Positions 61,279 to 64,000 of a DNA stretch of 64,000 bases are shown piece by piece. Source of the stretch: an uncultured Actinomycetota bacterium (GTDB taxonomy: Bacteria > Actinomycetota > Actinomycetes > JAFAQI01). The stretch is taken from contig CAVYQE010000001.1 in assembly GCA_963770565.1 (NCBI GenBank), positions 736,001 through 800,000 on the forward strand, in the 5' to 3' direction. Below the pieces are notes generated by a model. The model was not told the DNA's origin. It saw nothing but the letters and a program-made list of their open reading frames with translations, and ran no database searches. A program made the position numbers and the translations under genes. Each line of letters starts with the position of its first letter. The stretch's first letter is position 1.

Positions 61279-62013
61279 GTGGGCGATGCCATTGCGGTCC
61301 ACGATCTGGGGATCAAGTTCGCGCTCAACCGGCGGCGCCGGCTCGAGCTGAAGAACCTGTTCATCGAGGGGCTTTCGGCAACCGGCACCGAATACTGGGC
61401 GCTGCGGCACGTGTCGTTCACGGTGGCCAAGGGCGAGTCGGTCGGGGTCATCGGGCGCAACGGCTGCGGCAAGAGCACGCTGTTGCGGCTCGTGGCCGGC
61501 GTCATGCTCCCGGACGAGGGTGTGATCGAGGTCAACGGCGGCGTTGGCGCGATGATCGAGTTGTCCGCAGGTTTCGTCGGCGACCTCACGGCCCGCGAGA
61601 ACGTGTACCTGATCTCGTCGCTGCACGGCTTCAGCCGCGAGCAGACCGATGAACGATTCGACGAGATCATGCGGTGGGCCGGTGTCGCGAGGTTCGTCGA
61701 TACGCCGGTCATGCACTTCTCGAGCGGCATGAAGGCGCGGCTGGCCTTCTCGATCGTGACCCGGATGGAAGAACCGATCCTGCTCGTCGACGAGGTCCTC
61801 GCCGTCGGCGACAAGGCGTTCCGTCGCAAGTGCGGGATCGTGATCGACCGGATGCTCGGCGAGGGGCGAACCATGCTGCTCGTCTCGCACAACGAGAACG
61901 ACCTGCGCCGCTGGTGCAGTCGCGGCATCTACCTCCGCCGCGATCAGCCGCTCGTCACCGGGCCGATCGAGGACATCCTCGAGATGTATCTCGACGAAGA
62001 CGACAACACGTGA
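61279..62013 (+). CDS. Polysaccharide/teichoic acid ABC exporter ATPase (Wzt/TagH)
   Basis: GRNGCGKST, FSSGMKARL, VDEVLAVGD. Confidence 0.92.
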   Translation: MGDAIAVHDLGIKFALNRRRRLELKNLFIEGLSATGTEYWALRHVSFTVAKGESVGVIGRNGCGKSTLLRLVAGVMLPDEGVIEVNGGVGAMIELSAGFVGDLTARENVYLISSLHGFSREQTDERFDEIMRWAGVARFVDTPVMHFSSGMKARLAFSIVTRMEEPILLVDEVLAVGDKAFRRKCGIVIDRMLGEGRTMLLVSHNENDLRRWCSRGIYLRRDQPLVTGPIEDILEMYLDEDDNT

Positions 62014-62792
62014 GCTCGCCCCGACCAACGCTCAGCGAGCTACGCGTCGTGGCCCAGCCCGAATCGACGGTCCGGCGGGCCAGCGGCGAGCACTGGACCG
62101 GCGGGCTCTACATGCGGCACCTGTCGATCCGGGCGACGCGACTCCTGATCCCGACCCGGGTATCGGCGAATGCCTTGACCTGGCTGATGCTCGCGACCGG
62201 CATCGCGGCGGCCGTGGTGCTCACCGTGCCGCACCTGTGGGCGGCGGTGGTGACGCTCGCGCTGATCCAGTTCCAGGCCTTGCTGGACTGCATGGACGGC
62301 GAGCTCGCCCGCTGGCGGCAGCGCACCGGTCCGATCGGGATCTACGTCGACCGGCTCGGCCACTACGTCACCGACGGCTGCCTCGCCGTCGCGGTGGGCG
62401 TGCACGCCGACGGCGGGCTCGGCTCGATCGACGGCTGGACCATCGTGGGTCTTGCGGCCGGGTTCCTGATCCTGTTGACCAAGGCTGAGACCGATCTCGT
62501 CCACGTCGCGCGGGCGCAAAGCGGACGAGAGCGGATCCCCGACACGGTGGCGACCGCGACGTCGCACCAGACGGCCGTGCGCAGCCTGCGCTCGCTGGCC
62601 AAGCTGGTGCCGTTCAACCGCGTGCTGCTGGCGATCGAGATGTCGGTGCTCGTGCTGGTGGCCGCGGTCGTCGACGCCGTCCGTGGCGATCTCGGCGGCA
62701 TGCGAGTGCTCGACATCGCCTTGCTGGTCATTGCCGGGGTGGTCGCGGCCGGGCATTTGCTCGCCACGGTGACCTCGGATCGGTTGCGATGA
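62010..62792 (+). CDS. CDP-alcohol phosphatidyltransferase family protein
   Basis: SANALT, DCMDGELARW...G.YVD. Confidence 0.85.
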   Translation: MSSPRPTLSELRVVAQPESTVRRASGEHWTGGLYMRHLSIRATRLLIPTRVSANALTWLMLATGIAAAVVLTVPHLWAAVVTLALIQFQALLDCMDGELARWRQRTGPIGIYVDRLGHYVTDGCLAVAVGVHADGGLGSIDGWTIVGLAAGFLILLTKAETDLVHVARAQSGRERIPDTVATATSHQTAVRSLRSLAKLVPFNRVLLAIEMSVLVLVAAVVDAVRGDLGGMRVLDIALLVIAGVVAAGHLLATVTSDRLR

Positions 62793-63649
62793 CCTGGATC
62801 GGTTGCGTCATCCTCAGCCAGGGCAACCGGCCGGCGGAGTTGGCGAGGGCCCTGGACTCGGTGCTGACGCAGACCGGCGTGGCGGTCGAGTGCGTGGTGG
62901 TCGGCAACGGGTGGACGCCGACCGGCCTGCCGGTCGGCGTCGGGTCGGTGCCCTTGGTCGAGAACGTCGGAATCCCGTCCGGGCGCAATATCGGCGCCGC
63001 CAACGTCCGCGGTGACGTGTTGCTGTTCCTCGACGACGACGCCGTGCTGGTGGGGACCGATCTGCTCAACCGGGCGGTCGCGCAGTTCGACGCCGATCCC
63101 AGCCTCGGCGTGCTGCAGCCGCGTGCGGTCGAGCCCACTGGGCTCCCGACCGCCCGCCGGCACGTCCCGCGGGTCGGCGGGCGGCACCCCGACACGTCCG
63201 GCGACGTCGCGTGGTTCTGGGAAGGTGCGTCGCTGATCCGTCGTACCGCGTTCGAGGCTTGTGGTGGTTGGCCGGGGAAGTTCTTCTACGGCCATGAAGG
63301 GATCGAGGTGGCCTGGCGCGTCGTCGACGCGGGCTACCGGATCCGGTACGACGCGCAGCTCGAGGTGCTCAACCCGGACGCTGAGCCCTTCCGCGGCACC
63401 CACGGTCCGTACCGGAACGCGCGTAACCGGGTGTGGGTGGCCCGGCGCAATCTGCCGGTGCCGCTCCTGTTCGGCTACCTGCTGGTGTGGGGCATCGCCA
63501 CCTTCGCCCGGGTGCGCAGCGCCTCCGCATTGCGGCAAACTGTGCGCGGATTCATCGACGGAGTCCGGCGACCGGCCGGCAAGCGGCGACCGATCCGGTG
63601 GCGGACCGCGTGGCGTCTCACCTGGTTGGGGCGCCCCCCGGTGGTTTAG
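62789..63649 (+). CDS. Glycosyltransferase family 2
   Basis: GRNIGA, LFLDDD, FFYGHE. Confidence 0.88.
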   Translation: MTWIGCVILSQGNRPAELARALDSVLTQTGVAVECVVVGNGWTPTGLPVGVGSVPLVENVGIPSGRNIGAANVRGDVLLFLDDDAVLVGTDLLNRAVAQFDADPSLGVLQPRAVEPTGLPTARRHVPRVGGRHPDTSGDVAWFWEGASLIRRTAFEACGGWPGKFFYGHEGIEVAWRVVDAGYRIRYDAQLEVLNPDAEPFRGTHGPYRNARNRVWVARRNLPVPLLFGYLLVWGIATFARVRSASALRQTVRGFIDGVRRPAGKRRPIRWRTAWRLTWLGRPPVV

Positions 63650-63695
63650 CCAACCTCGCTCGGGCGTTCCGCGAGGACGGTAGGCTGCGCGCGAA

Positions 63696-64000
63696 ATGGC
63701 ACCGAACAATCAGCGACTGCGGACAGTGGGGGTCGTCCTCGCTGGAGGTGTGGGCGCCCGCGTCGGTCTGTTGATCCCGAAGCAGCTGCTGAAGATCGCC
63801 GGCAAACCGATCATTGAGCACACCTTGACCGCCTTCGAGGCGGCGCCCGACATCGACGAGATCCTGGTGATGATGACGCCCGGGTACGTCGACGACGTCA
63901 AGGCGATCGTGTCCGCGCGCGGGTTTCAGAAGGTGTCTGCGGTGTTGGAGGGCGGGGTCACCCGCAACGACTCGACCAAGCTCGCCCTCGACTGGCTCGG
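63696..64000 (+). CDS. IspD/TarI-type cytidylyltransferase (partial, runs off the window; not in the ORF track)
   Basis: Translated by hand: MAPNNQRLRTVGVVLAGGVGARVGLLIPKQLLKIAGKPIIEHTL...GGVTRNDS. Confidence 0.85.
   Translation, partial: MAPNNQRLRTVGVVLAGGVGARVGLLIPKQLLKIAGKPIIEHTLTAFEAAPDIDEILVMMTPGYVDDVKAIVSARGFQKVSAVLEGGVTRNDSTKLALDWL

Overview
High-GC actinobacterial chromosome segment. It is mostly conserved core synteny: choD-guaA, pcrA-lipase-B12-binding subunit-sucCD-perM-like-purNH-folD-icd-mdh-trpS, ybdK-amidohydrolase-GGCT-lpdA-accA3, and the start of an ABC-dependent cell-wall glycopolymer cluster. Small accessory insertions sit between these genes. About 67 CDS were called. I found no rRNA, tRNA, CRISPR array, transposase or integrase. 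The best candidate for an undescribed system is a three-gene operon at 28478-30692, in which two membrane-anchored DUF929-like CPYC proteins flank a complete four-cysteine VKOR; this looks like an alternative DsbA/VKOR disulfide-formation pathway. Other notable items: a Moco/CO-dehydrogenase-type maturation module (XdhC-YHS fusion, MocA-like protein, split XdhC) beside an uncharacterised membrane-protein pair; a probable CTG start for purN; an LpdA retaining both redox cysteines; a sulfotransferase with an altered PAPS loop; a Pro-rich RDD/DUF4190 cluster; and pervasive leaderless promoter architecture. All family assignments come from motifs recognised by eye, not from database searches.
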